Notes: generated from the letters alone by a model not told the origin. Shown: positions 1 to 8,770, counted from the stretch's first letter. The stretch is 64,000 nt of DNA from an uncultured Chloroflexia bacterium (GCA_963811305.1 CAWEQU010000003.1:130688-194687); one strand, 5' to 3'. Numbers and translations are program-made.

Positions 1-158
1 GCCTGGTCAGCATGGGGCTGACGGATGGGCAGGTGGCAGAGCGGCTTACCCTCAGCCCGCGCACCGTGCACCGTCACCTGTCGTCTGTGTACAGCAAGCT
101 TGGCGTCACTACTCGTACGGCGGCAGCACACTTCGCTACCGAGCACAGGTTGGTATAG
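1..158 (+). CDS. LuxR-family transcriptional regulator, C-terminal HTH fragment (5' end outside window)
   Basis: Frame 3 translates to LVSMGLTDGQVAERLTLSPRTVHRHLSSVYSKLGVTTRTAAAHFATEHRLV*. This is the LuxR-type HTH signature (LSPRE-V, TV--H, I--KL). Stop at 156-158. Confidence 0.7.
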   Translation, partial: LVSMGLTDGQVAERLTLSPRTVHRHLSSVYSKLGVTTRTAAAHFATEHRLV

Positions 159-190
159 GACGATGGACGATGGACGAAGGACGAAAGAAA
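159..190. repeat. 7-nt word tandem array (GGACGAT/GGACGAA)
   Basis: Direct reading of ggacgatggacgatggacgaaggacgaaag immediately after the LuxR stop. Confidence 0.8.
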
Positions 191-459
191 CTATCCTTTC
201 CTCGACCAGACTTATTACTTATCCATGCACGAACCTAATGGACGATGGAGGCGTAGAGTTGTAAATCAATTTTGGCATATATTTTGAGAGGATAATTGCA
301 GGGAAAAAGTGATGGGTAATCTTACCCATCCATTTTCTTTTGTCGATTTTTGTAAATTGGGTAATCCTGCTGATGTACCGGGGTAAGCCTGGATGTAGAC
401 TTAGGGCACAAGAAGCAGGCAGAATTAAACGTCACAACCAACCAGAAGGAAACAGGGAA

Positions 460-791
460 ATGAAGAAGCTTTTTACGACACTCATGGCATCAGCAGCGGT
501 CTTGGCAGCAACAGCAGTGGGTGTAGCGCCCGCTAACAAGGGTGATAGTGTAAATTGGGGCGGCGTAAGTCGCGGTACCCAGGGGTCGGTCAACTGGGGC
601 GCACCTGCACCCGGTAATGACAGCGTCAACTGGGGCTTCAACGCCCTGGGCAAGTCGCAGGCCAGCGTGAACTGGGCGCACCTGCACCCGGTAATGACAG
701 CGTCAACTGGGGCTTTCACGCCACCAACACATCGGCCAGCGTGAACTGGGGCGCACCCGCACCTGGTTCGGATAGCGTCAACTGGGGCTAA
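460..791 (+). CDS. Small secreted repeat protein: signal peptide plus about seven SVNWG motifs in ~26-aa units; one apparent -1 frameshift at a G-run near 672
   Basis: MKKLFTTLMASAAVLAATAVGVAPA is a signal peptide. It is followed by DSVNWG...GSVNWGAPAPGNDSVNWGFNALGKSQASVNW. The DNA repeat unit then continues in the -1 frame (GAPAPGNDSVNWGFHATNTSASVNWGAPAPGSDSVNWG*). The second unit has aactggg where the first has aactgggg. An RBS-like aggaaacaggga lies upstream. Confidence 0.55.
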
Positions 792-804
792 AGACAACGG
801 AGTG

Positions 805-850
805 CAATAAGATAGGGCACCTTCCAAGCGGGAGGTGCTCTATTTTTGTT
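805..850 (+). terminator. Rho-independent terminator-like hairpin plus T-run after the SVNWG gene
   Basis: ggcaccttccaagcgggaggtgctc stem-loop followed by tatttttgtttg. Confidence 0.45.
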
Positions 851-1009
851 TGTCGTAAATTCGGATCTTACCGTACAGACCTTCGCTTCAACCTCGGCAG
901 AACTGCTGCTTTGTATGATATAAAGCAGGCATGAATAAAGAAATCTGCTGCTACTGCACGGCGCGTTGGGGGCGAGCGAACAATTCGCGCCCCTTCTCCC
1001 ACTCCTCCA

Positions 1010-1621
1010 GGAGATATAACCTCCACACGCTCGACTTCGAGGGGCATGGCCGTGCGCCTATGCAAGAGCGCCCGTTTCGCATCGAGCACTTCACGGAGAA
1101 CGTCCGCAGCTACCTGGCGCAGCACGCCATCGAGCGCACGCACATATTCGGCTACAGCATGGGCGGGTACGTCGCCTGCACCCTGGCTATCACGCACCCC
1201 GATCTTGTGGCGAGCATAGCGACGCTTGGCACGAAGTTCCACTGGGACCCTCAGACTGCCGAGCGTGAGGTAGGCTTCCTCGACACGGAGAAGATAGCGG
1301 CAAAGGTCCCCCACTTCGCCCGCGCCCTCACCGAGCGCCACACCACATCGGGTTGGGAGGCGGTTGTGAACAAGACCGCCGATCTACTTGTGTCCCTGGG
1401 GGAGGTTAGGGGTCTGCGGGCCGAGAAGCTGGGACAGGTTGCCTGTCGCGTAAGGGTTATGGTAGGTGACCGCAATTCGACGGTTGGCGTACCGGAAGCG
1501 TATGAGGTGTACCGCGCCCTCCCGCAAGGCGAGACTGGAGGTGCTGCCTGGGACGCGGCATGAGCTGGAGAGGGTTGAGGTGGGGAGGTTGGCGGGGGCG
1601 CTGGTGGGGTTCTTTGGGTAA
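1010..1621 (+). pseudogene. alpha/beta-hydrolase fold protein (GYSMGG nucleophile elbow), disrupted by at least two frameshifts; N-terminal HG-box remnant upstream in another frame
   Basis: GHGRAP...IFGYSMGGYVA...DRNSTV matches alpha/beta hydrolase. The C-terminus continues in another frame (ARLEVLPGTRHELERVEVGRLAGALVGFFG*, stop 1619-1621). The N-terminal LLLLHGALGASEQFAPLLPLLQE lies in a third frame at about 942-1015. Confidence 0.55.
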
Positions 1622-1942
1622 GCAGCTATGCTGGGGTCTAAGGCCCAGCTTGCATTAGCTCTCACAACCTATGGAGCAAATATGGACCTACTCTCAAGTT
1701 TATCAGTGGTTCTTGACCAGGGCTTTGTCTTCGTTTGCGCTGTTATGTGGGGCCCGGATATTGCCACATGAGAAGCTGAATATACTGCAATGGGTGTCGT
1801 CGTTACTATCATCTCTTTAGTTCTTGTTGCGTGGTCAGACTAGACAAGGCAGGAAGATCCCCACTTCGCCTGCCCCTTCCCCGATCACAAGCCACTACAG
1901 GATGTTATAATGGCCGCACTGAACCAATAAGGAGTTCCCAGC

Positions 1943-2476
1943 ATGTCAGATACTGTATGGGCCGCCATCATTGCTGTTGCTGGCGCGGTGGGCGGCACAT
2001 TACTCGGCGCCACTCTTTCACACATCTTTACCCTAATGAATAGGCGCGAAGAGGCTGAACGCCTCCGCGACCAATATTTACTCGACATTGAAGTAAAGAA
2101 AATTCAAGATGTATTACTCGCTCTCCACAATGCTACAAACATGATCAGCACGTTCAACCCGGAATCTCCAACCTACGAGAAAGACACATTAACAGAAATC
2201 AACAACTACGGCCAAAGCAACATTGACCTCAACAACCTTCTAGTCGTCACCTTACAATACTTCAAGAAGGAAGAACGCGATGCCATAAATAAAGCACGCA
2301 GGGCAATTCGAGAGCAGTTTGATCTTGCAAATGAACTCCACGAAGCAACACAAAATAACGACGAAGAAAAACGAGACACAATACTCAAAACCCTTGCAGA
2401 ACGCCAACCAAACTGGAGTGATGCTTTCTCGATAGCCATACTTATTGTAGGCACAAACTTCAACCAAGCTATCTAA
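1943..2476 (+). CDS. Hypothetical membrane-anchored protein (N-terminal TM helix plus helical or coiled-coil region), in a low-GC islet
   Basis: ORF with hydrophobic N-terminus WAAIIAVAGAVGGTLLGATL followed by a charged helical region. Local GC is visibly lower than the flanks. Confidence 0.5.
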   Translation: MSDTVWAAIIAVAGAVGGTLLGATLSHIFTLMNRREEAERLRDQYLLDIEVKKIQDVLLALHNATNMISTFNPESPTYEKDTLTEINNYGQSNIDLNNLLVVTLQYFKKEERDAINKARRAIREQFDLANELHEATQNNDEEKRDTILKTLAERQPNWSDAFSIAILIVGTNFNQAI

Positions 2477-2663
2477 AGAAGTAACATAATCAAGGATTCA
2501 CATCACGGCCAGTCCTTACGCGCAGAGGAATGCTTCGCCCCAAAAAGCGGCGCAGGCCAGTGCTAAATCAACCGCGCTCCTCGGGCGACCAGGCCAAGAG
2601 GCAAACAAAACTACACAGGATGCTATATAATACCGAAGCCCCACAATAAAGGAGTCTCAAACT

Positions 2664-3211
2664 ATGTCACCAGAATTCTGGCTCGCTATCATCGGCATCA
2701 GCGGCACCCTGCTCGCAACCATAATCCCCCAGTACTTCACCAGCAAGAAAGACGCCCGTGACCGCCAACAATGGTATGCTGAGTTCGCACTCAAACGCCG
2801 CTACGAAGCACTCAACGATCTCTACGCCAAAGCTACCACGTGCCTCCGCCAAGCTGAAGAGCAGAACCTCCAATTCCGCAAAGAACCTACAGAAGTGATG
2901 CTCGAGCTGTTAATGGGCACCGAGCCGTTCAAGATGCATTCGGCGTCGCCTCAACCTATCTTGACAGCAAAACTACCAGTATCACCGAAAACTTGATCGC
3001 CATTCTTAGCGAATACGTCTTGCTCAGCATGGAAAACGTACAGAAGGCCAGAATAAAAAAAGACTCGCCACCAACTCCCGACGAACTAACCAAACTCGAC
3101 GAAGTCTGGAAAAAGGCCAAATCCTCCCTGTTAGAACTACGCGACGATCTCAAACCTATTCTCAACCCTCCCATAGTGGACCGCTATCTCGAGGACATTT
3201 CACGCTCGTGA
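2664..3211 (+). CDS. Paralogue of the 1943-2476 protein (TM helix plus helical region); apparent frameshift near 2930 joins ORFs 2664-2996 and 2993-3211
   Basis: Same architecture: WLAIIGISGTLLATIIP N-terminal TM, then a helical region. The second ORF extends upstream in-frame as ...AVQDAFGVASTYLDSKTTSITENLIAILSEY. The combined length (~182 aa) matches the paralogue (177 aa). Confidence 0.4.
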
Positions 3212-3298
3212 GACTGAGCAATCGCCTCCTCGTATCTCGGCTCCCTTCCCCTCCTCCCTACGCGCCTCTCTGCAAGTATCTTCCACTTTGCTCGTTGC

Positions 3299-3652
3299 TC
3301 AAAGCCCCTGGCCAGAATGGAGCACTATTCCTCTGGTCATCACCTCTGTAGCGAAGGTGAACTCACGCTCCAAAGCCGACTGTAATTGCCTAGGTTCAAG
3401 CACAAGAATATCCAACGCAAGGGGGTGGTCAACGGCAGCCGCAATATTTGCAGCAGCACGTAATGGCCTGCCTCCAGCCTCCATTATCACGAGCAGGTCT
3501 AAGTCGCTATCTTCTCTTGGCACTCCATACGCATAGGAGCCAAACAAGATCACTTTCTGAGGGTGAAAGCCATTTACGATCTGCTGAACAAGCTTCTGTA
3601 AGACTTCAGAGTGTAACTTAGTTGTAATATCAGCCGTGTTGGTTGAATTCAT
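3299..3652 (-). CDS. Nucleotidyltransferase-domain protein (MNT-type, Pol-beta superfamily); no adjacent HEPN partner detected
   Basis: Motif ILFGSYAYGVPREDSDLDLLVI is the GSxxxGxxxxxSDxDL minimal NTase signature. Confidence 0.7.
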   Translation of the reverse strand: MNSTNTADITTKLHSEVLQKLVQQIVNGFHPQKVILFGSYAYGVPREDSDLDLLVIMEAGGRPLRAAANIAAAVDHPLALDILVLEPRQLQSALEREFTFATEVMTRGIVLHSGQGL

Positions 3653-3789
3653 AGCCCTGACCTTAGCGAGAAACAGGTGAAGCGGAGGTCTAGTTGACCT
3701 CTATGACCTATTCATGCCCGTTGATGCGAGAGAATTATAGCACAATGGGCGGCCCAAACGAACCGCCCATTTGTCTTTCTCAGGTTACA

Positions 3790-3892
3790 CTAACCGATAC
3801 TACCTTCCATCTGCAACTCGATCAGCCTGTTCAACTCAATCGCGTACTCTAGCGGGATTTCCTTCGTGATTGGCTCGATGAAGCCGTTGACT
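3790..3892 (-). repeat. Duplicated copy of the sufB 3' end (last ~34 codons plus stop), ~95% identical to 4655-4757 with only synonymous differences
   Basis: Direct comparison: the copy translates to [34 protein letters not shown], identical to the SufB C-terminus. All 5 nucleotide differences are silent. There is an upstream in-frame stop and no start codon. Confidence 0.8.
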
Positions 3893-3915
3893 ATCAACCA
3901 TCTCTTTTGTATTTG

Positions 3916-4302
3916 CTACCACAGAACTTCTACTGGGTATTGTGCGAATACCGCATCCCCACTGAGCAGCACAATACCTTCCACTTGTGCCTGGGTGATG
4001 AGCAGACGGTCGAACGGGTCTCTATGGTGCATGGGAAGGTTATCCAAGGCGAGTACATGCGGTAATTCAACAGGAAGTACCCGAAGGCTGTTCGATTGCT
4101 GATGGCTTGCTATGAGATCAGCGAGGGGCATAGCTAATTGCAATTTGCCAAGCTGATGCTTGATTTGTATCTCCCAGACGCTGGCCACGCTAAGTAATAA
4201 GGTATTTGCCTGGTCTTGGCACAGGGTGAGCACCCTTGGTGATAGCCTGGCAGGCTGGCTATCCCACCAAATGAACGTATGAGTGTCCAGCAGCAGCTTC
4301 AT
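3916..4302 (-). CDS. vapC: Type II toxin VapC (PIN-domain ribonuclease)
   Basis: MKLLLDTHTFIWW...D...LLITQA pattern typical of PIN/VapC. ATGA overlap with the upstream antitoxin gene. Confidence 0.75.
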   Translation of the reverse strand: MKLLLDTHTFIWWDSQPARLSPRVLTLCQDQANTLLLSVASVWEIQIKHQLGKLQLAMPLADLIASHQQSNSLRVLPVELPHVLALDNLPMHHRDPFDRLLITQAQVEGIVLLSGDAVFAQYPVEVLW

Positions 4303-4553
4303 GCCTCCCCAAGCCAGAACTCGTCGGGTAGAGGGTCATCGAAGTCTTCGCTGGTCCAGATGGCGCCGGGATGTAGACCGGCGATGCGCTGTGGCCGCTC
4401 TTGCTCGCCATTGACCGGCACAATGCGGGCCAATGTTTTAGCACCGTCGGTAAGGATTACCTCAGTGCCTTCAGCCACCAGAGCTAACAATCTGGGCAAT
4501 TGTGTTTGGGGGTCTCGCACGTCAACAGTTGTTATAGTCATTTCTGTGTCCAC
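4299..4553 (-). CDS. vapB: Type II antitoxin (Phd/YefM-like) partner of VapC
   Basis: 84-aa ORF with 4-bp overlap to vapC. N-terminus MTITTVDVRDPQTQLPRLLALVAEGTEVILTDGAKTLARIVPV resembles Phd/YefM antitoxins. Acidic C-terminal tail. Confidence 0.6.
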   Translation of the reverse strand: MDTEMTITTVDVRDPQTQLPRLLALVAEGTEVILTDGAKTLARIVPVNGEQERPQRIAGLHPGAIWTSEDFDDPLPDEFWLGEA

Positions 4554-4645
4554 CTCCTATATGCCACCGCCTGCTACAATTATACAAGAAAGGGTGGCCC
4601 AACATGGACCACCCCTTCCAAAGATAAACCGCAGATTGCAGGCTA

Positions 4646-6061
4646 TTATCCGATAGACCCTTCCATCTGCAACTCGATCAGCCTGTTCAGCTCGATTGCG
4701 TATTCCAGCGGGATTTCCTTCGTGATTGGCTCGATGAAGCCGTTGACTACCATCGAAGTGGCTTCATTCTCGGAGATGCCGCGAGACATCAGGTAGAATA
4801 GCTGGTCCTCGCCGACCTTCGAGACGGTGGCCTCGTGCTGTATCGTGGTCGAGTTGTTCGCCACGTTGATGGTCGGGTAGGTGTCGGAGCGGGAGGTGTC
4901 GTCCAGCAGGAGCGCGTCACACTTGACGTTGGCCTTGCAGTGGTGCGCGTCCTCGGCTACCTCAAGGAGGCCACGATAGGTGGCGCGCCCCGTGCCCTTC
5001 GAGATACTCTTGGAGACGACGTTGGAGGTCGTGTAGGGGGCCTTGTGGACCATCTTCGCGCCCGCGTCCTGGTGCTGGCCGTCGCCCGCGAAGGCTACCG
5101 ATAGCACGTCGCCCCGCGCCCCAGGCTCCATCAGCCACACGGCGGGGTACTTCATGGTGAGGCGGCTGCCCAGGTTGCCGTCCACCCACTCCATCGTCGC
5201 GTCGCGGTAGGCAGCGGCACGCTTGGTCACGAGGTTGTAGACGTTGTGCGACCAGTTCTGGATGGTGGTGTAGCGCACTCTCGCGCCTTCCTTGACGATG
5301 ATCTCAACGACGGCAGAGTGGAGCGAGTTGGTTGTGTACGTAGGCGCGGTGCAGCCCTCTACGTAATGGACGTAAGAGCCAGGCTCGGCGATGATGAGCG
5401 TGCGTTCGAACTGGCCCATGTTCTCGGCGTTGATGCGGAAGTACGCCTGTAGAGGCACGTCCACTTTGACGCCTGCGGGGACGTATACGAATGACCCTCC
5501 TGACCACACGGCGGAGTTGAGCGAGGCGAACTTGTTGTCGCCCGCGGGGATGATGGTGGAGAAGTACTCCTTCACGATGTCGGGGTACTCGCGAACTGCC
5601 GTGTCCATGTCGGTGAAGATGACGCCCAGCTCCTCCAGGTCTTCGCGCAGGGAGTGGTAGATTACCTCGGATTCGTACTGAGCGCCCACGCCTGCCAGGT
5701 ACTTCTTCTCGGCCTCCGGTATGCCCAGGCGGTCGAAGGTGTTCTTTACCTCGGCGGGCACGTCGTCCCAGCTTGTGCTGTTTCTGTCCGAAGCCTTCAC
5801 GTAATAATAGATGTCGGAGAAGTCAATGTCGTTCAGCCAGCCACCCCACTGGGGCATCGGCTTGTTCTCAAAGAGGCGCAGGGCGCGCACCCGGAAGCGG
5901 GTCATCCACTCCGGCTCGCCCTTCATCGAGGAAATCTCGCGCACCATGGCTTCGTCCAGCCCCTTGCGGGACTTGAACGCGTAATTCTCCGGCATAGAGA
6001 AGCCATAGCGATAGCCTTCAGTAGCAAGCCCTATCTCAGGGGTCTTTGTCTCAGCAACCAT
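4646..6061 (-). CDS. sufB: Fe-S cluster assembly protein SufB
   Basis: Strong similarity across the full length to SufB (…[19 protein letters not shown]…[14 protein letters not shown]…[10 protein letters not shown]…). Start chosen at MVAETKTP with GGGAGGT RBS upstream. Confidence 0.85.
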   Translation of the reverse strand: MVAETKTPEIGLATEGYRYGFSMPENYAFKSRKGLDEAMVREISSMKGEPEWMTRFRVRALRLFENKPMPQWGGWLNDIDFSDIYYYVKASDRNSTSWDDVPAEVKNTFDRLGIPEAEKKYLAGVGAQYESEVIYHSLREDLEELGVIFTDMDTAVREYPDIVKEYFSTIIPAGDNKFASLNSAVWSGGSFVYVPAGVKVDVPLQAYFRINAENMGQFERTLIIAEPGSYVHYVEGCTAPTYTTNSLHSAVVEIIVKEGARVRYTTIQNWSHNVYNLVTKRAAAYRDATMEWVDGNLGSRLTMKYPAVWLMEPGARGDVLSVAFAGDGQHQDAGAKMVHKAPYTTSNVVSKSISKGTGRATYRGLLEVAEDAHHCKANVKCDALLLDDTSRSDTYPTINVANNSTTIQHEATVSKVGEDQLFYLMSRGISENEATSMVVNGFIEPITKEIPLEYAIELNRLIELQMEGSIG

Positions 6062-6218
6062 TTTACTAACCTCCCGGTCCAATACCAGCACGGTTCGTGC
6101 CGCAACCATTCTTTATGTTGTACAATGCTCTGTGTTACTCAGGTATGATACACGTTAAGTATACTCTAAAAATGCCTATTTTTCAATGTTTAGACAGCTT
6201 TAACTGATTTTAGTAGTT

Positions 6219-6279
6219 GGACGATAGACGATAGACGATAGACGATAGACGATAACTTTGAACCTTGAACTTTGAACCC
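6219..6279. repeat. Word arrays: (GACGATA)x5 then (TTGAACC)x3
   Basis: Direct reading ggacgatagacgatagacgatagacgatagacgataactttgaaccttgaactttgaaccc, in the divergent promoter region between sufB and the GT1 gene. Confidence 0.85.
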
Positions 6280-6281
6280 TT

Positions 6282-7379
6282 ATGAACATCGCTCTCGCGC
6301 ATGACGACTTGATACAATATGGTGGGGCCGAGCGTGTGGTGGATGTGCTACACGACATCTATCCCGACGCGCCTTTGTACACCGCTGTGTATGCGAAGGG
6401 GCAGATGCCTGCGCATTACAGGCGATGGAAGATTTACACGTCGTTTATGCAGAAGCTGCCTGGCATAGCTAAATTCCACCAATTGTACCTCCCCCTCTAC
6501 CCTACAGCCTTCGAGACGTTTGACCTGTCGGGGTACGATGTTGTGTTGAGCAGCAGCAGCCGCTTCGCCAAGGGGGTTATCACGGAGGCTGACGCCCTTC
6601 ACGTTTGCTATTGCCATGCGCCGATGCGCTTCGCGTGGAACTACCACAGCTACATGGAGGGGGAGCGCGCCGCGAGCAAAGCGCGCTTCGTCTTGCCCCT
6701 GGTGATGAACTATGTTAGACTCTGGGACGAGGCTTCGGCAGGGCGGGTGGACGCCTATATAGCCAACTCGCTTGTCACCGCTCGCCGCATACGCAAGCGC
6801 TACAGGCGTCAGGCTACGGTCATAAATCCGCCCGTGAATACGAGTTTGTATAAGCCCAGGTCAGACGGTAGCGTGGAAGATTACTTCCTGATTGTGTCGC
6901 GCCTGATACCGTACAAGCGGATAGACCTCGCGGTGGACGCCTTCAGCAAGCTGGGTCTGCCTCTGAAGATTGTGGGGAAGGGACGGCAGGAAGCGGAGTT
7001 GCGGGCAAGAGCCGGGTCCAATATAGAGTTCGTAGGCTCGGTATCGGACGAGAGGCTCAAGGCTCTGTACGCGGGGTGCAAAGCGTTCATCTTTCCGGGG
7101 GAGGAGGACTTCGGCATATCGCCCCTGGAGGCGCAAGCGTCAGGCCGTCCAGTGATAGCATACGGCGCGGGCGGCGCGCTCGAAACGGTTGTGCCTGGCG
7201 TGACCGGCGCGTTCTTCAGCGAGCAGACACCGGACGCCCTGGCCGAGACCGCCAGCCGATTCAACCCGCGACTGTACGATCCATCCGCCATACGCCGCCA
7301 CGCCGAAGGCTTTGATACAGAGGTGTTCAAGCGGAAAATAGCGGAATTTGTTGGACGGACGACGGACGATGAAACGTGA
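6282..7379 (+). CDS. Glycosyltransferase family 1 (GT4-type)
   Basis: C-terminal EEDFGISPLEAQASGRPVIAYGAGG is the GT1 E-x7-E motif region. The last 6 codons (TTDDET*) are encoded by a word array. Confidence 0.8.
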   Translation: MNIALAHDDLIQYGGAERVVDVLHDIYPDAPLYTAVYAKGQMPAHYRRWKIYTSFMQKLPGIAKFHQLYLPLYPTAFETFDLSGYDVVLSSSSRFAKGVITEADALHVCYCHAPMRFAWNYHSYMEGERAASKARFVLPLVMNYVRLWDEASAGRVDAYIANSLVTARRIRKRYRRQATVINPPVNTSLYKPRSDGSVEDYFLIVSRLIPYKRIDLAVDAFSKLGLPLKIVGKGRQEAELRARAGSNIEFVGSVSDERLKALYAGCKAFIFPGEEDFGISPLEAQASGRPVIAYGAGGALETVVPGVTGAFFSEQTPDALAETASRFNPRLYDPSAIRRHAEGFDTEVFKRKIAEFVGRTTDDET

Positions 7380-7476
7380 AACGTGAAACGTGATGACGGA
7401 GTACATACTTCCATAAAATAAACTCTGCGAACTCTGCGTCTCTGCGGTGAATTTACTTTCTGTCGTCCGTCGTCAA
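7354..7476. repeat. Word arrays (GACGGAC, GAAACGT) plus a conserved ~80-bp composite element (copy 1)
   Basis: Region gagtacatacttccataaaataaactctgcgaactctgcgtctctgcggtgaatttactttctgtcgtccgtcgtc is near-identical to 57690-57773 and ends with the inverted word TCGTCCGTCGTC. It lies in the 5' leader of the wzz-like gene. Confidence 0.8.
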
Positions 7477-7488
7477 AAAAGGAGAATC

Positions 7489-8229
7489 ATGGAGTTACGG
7501 CAATACTGGAACGTCATAATGAGAAGGCGGTGGCTGGTGCTGGCTATCGCGGTGCTGGCTACGTTGTTCAGCGCCTTTTCGTTCTTCACTTCGGTCAGGC
7601 AATACAAGGCTGAGACTATCTTTACGGTCAGACAGCAGAATACCCCAACCGATCCGACGAAGATATTCACATTCAATGACTACTACAACTGGATCGCTTC
7701 AGAGTACCTCGTTGACGACTATACGCAGATCGTAGAGAGCGATGCGTTTGGGCAGAGCGTACTTGACACCATCAAGAAAGAGGTGCCCGCGGGCAACATA
7801 GTAGTCAGCGACACCACGAAGCTCATGGTCGAAGTTGATAGGATGAGGCCTAAGAACGTTAGCGACGTCGTAGGCGCGGAGCGCCGTCACAGGGAGTTGC
7901 GCGTCTTCGCTGAAACTTCAAGCAGGGACCTCACTAAAGCTATATTGGAAGGATCGAGCATCGTGCTCACCGAAGGTCTGATGAAAGTCTATAGAGGCGA
8001 GAATACGGACAGACCGATTATCGCGCAGATAAACACCGTGACTAATGACGACATGACCTCAAGCGTGTCTAAGGACATTACCAACGCGATAATCCGCGTA
8101 ATCATGGGCCTGGTCGCCGCCCTTGCTATAGCCTTCTTGCTTGAATACCTCGATAATAGTGTCCGGGACGAAAGGGACGCTCGTAAAGTGCTCGATCTTC
8201 CTGTGATTGGGGCGATACCGAGGACGTAG
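7489..8229 (+). CDS. Polysaccharide co-polymerase (Wzz/CpsC-like chain-length determinant), paralogue 1
   Basis: Strong RBS aaaggagaa. N-terminal TM, and C-terminal TM plus LEYLDNSVRDERDARKVLDLPVIGAIPR tail typical of CpsC/Wzz PCP-2b proteins. Confidence 0.65.
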   Translation: MELRQYWNVIMRRRWLVLAIAVLATLFSAFSFFTSVRQYKAETIFTVRQQNTPTDPTKIFTFNDYYNWIASEYLVDDYTQIVESDAFGQSVLDTIKKEVPAGNIVVSDTTKLMVEVDRMRPKNVSDVVGAERRHRELRVFAETSSRDLTKAILEGSSIVLTEGLMKVYRGENTDRPIIAQINTVTNDDMTSSVSKDITNAIIRVIMGLVAALAIAFLLEYLDNSVRDERDARKVLDLPVIGAIPRT

Positions 8230-8270
8230 TTCAAGGTTCAAAGTTCAAGGTTCAAGGCTCAAGGCTCGAG
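8230..8270. repeat. (TTCAAGG)n word array, inverted relative to 8722-8770
   Basis: gttcaaggttcaaagttcaaggttcaaggctcaaggctcgagg. Confidence 0.85.
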
Positions 8271-8280
8271 GAGTGAGCAC

Positions 8281-8754
8281 ATGACGAGTGCCCGGCAGTT
8301 TGAGGAACTTGAAGTCTGGAAGAAGGCACGATTAGTAACAAGAGAGATATATGCTGTAAGCTCGAAGGGCGCATTTTCACGGAACTTCGGCCTTTGTGAT
8401 CAAATTCAGCGGGCAGCTGTATCCGTAATGTCCAATATTGCAGAAGGATTTGAGCGAGAAGGCAACAAAGAGTTTCGACAGTTTCTTGCCCTAGCAAAAG
8501 GCTCCGCAGGTGAAATTCGCTCCCAGCTATATGTCGCACTGGACGCGGGCTTCCTTCAACAAAGTGAGTTTCAGCAGCTATATAACTCTGTAATCGAATT
8601 GAGCCGTCTCATAGCAGGTTTGATGCGTTACCTCAATGCCTCTGATTACAAAGGAAACAAATTTAAGGAAGCTTCAGGTCCAGAGTACCACACAGAAGGT
8701 CCCGACAGTCAGCTAGAGCGTCTTGAACCTCGAACCTCGAACTTTGAACCTTGA
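8281..8754 (+). CDS. Four-helix-bundle protein (TIGR02436; former 23S rRNA intervening-sequence protein family)
   Basis: EELEVWKKARLVTREIYAV...FGLCDQIQRAAVSVMSNIAEGFEREGNKEFRQFLALAKGSAGEIRSQL matches the family consensus. The C-terminal tail is encoded by the TTGAACC array. Confidence 0.7.
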   Translation: MTSARQFEELEVWKKARLVTREIYAVSSKGAFSRNFGLCDQIQRAAVSVMSNIAEGFEREGNKEFRQFLALAKGSAGEIRSQLYVALDAGFLQQSEFQQLYNSVIELSRLIAGLMRYLNASDYKGNKFKEASGPEYHTEGPDSQLERLEPRTSNFEP

Positions 8755-8770
8755 ACTTTGAACTTTGAAC
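8722..8770. repeat. (TTGAACC/TCGAACC)n word array
   Basis: cttgaacctcgaacctcgaactttgaaccttgaactttgaactttgaac. Confidence 0.85.

Noticed and set aside
432-827. Minus-strand ORF (131 aa) and the upstream 40 codons of + ORF 340-744
   Set aside because: Both are antisense or read-through products of the GC-rich SVNWG repeat DNA. The real gene starts at the signal-peptide Met (460) with an RBS.
3745-3785. Hairpin aatgggcggcccaaacgaaccgcccatt plus T-rich tract as a + strand terminator
   Set aside because: There is no + strand gene upstream to terminate. It may be the ancestral sufB downstream structure read on the opposite strand or a regulatory hairpin. Left unassigned.
5654-6148. Plus-strand ORFs 4835-5104, 5246-5452, 5391-5660, 5654-6148, 5773-5976 inside sufB
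   Set aside because: They are antisense to a strongly conserved gene (SufB), Arg/Ala-rich as expected for GC-rich antisense frames, and have no homology signal.
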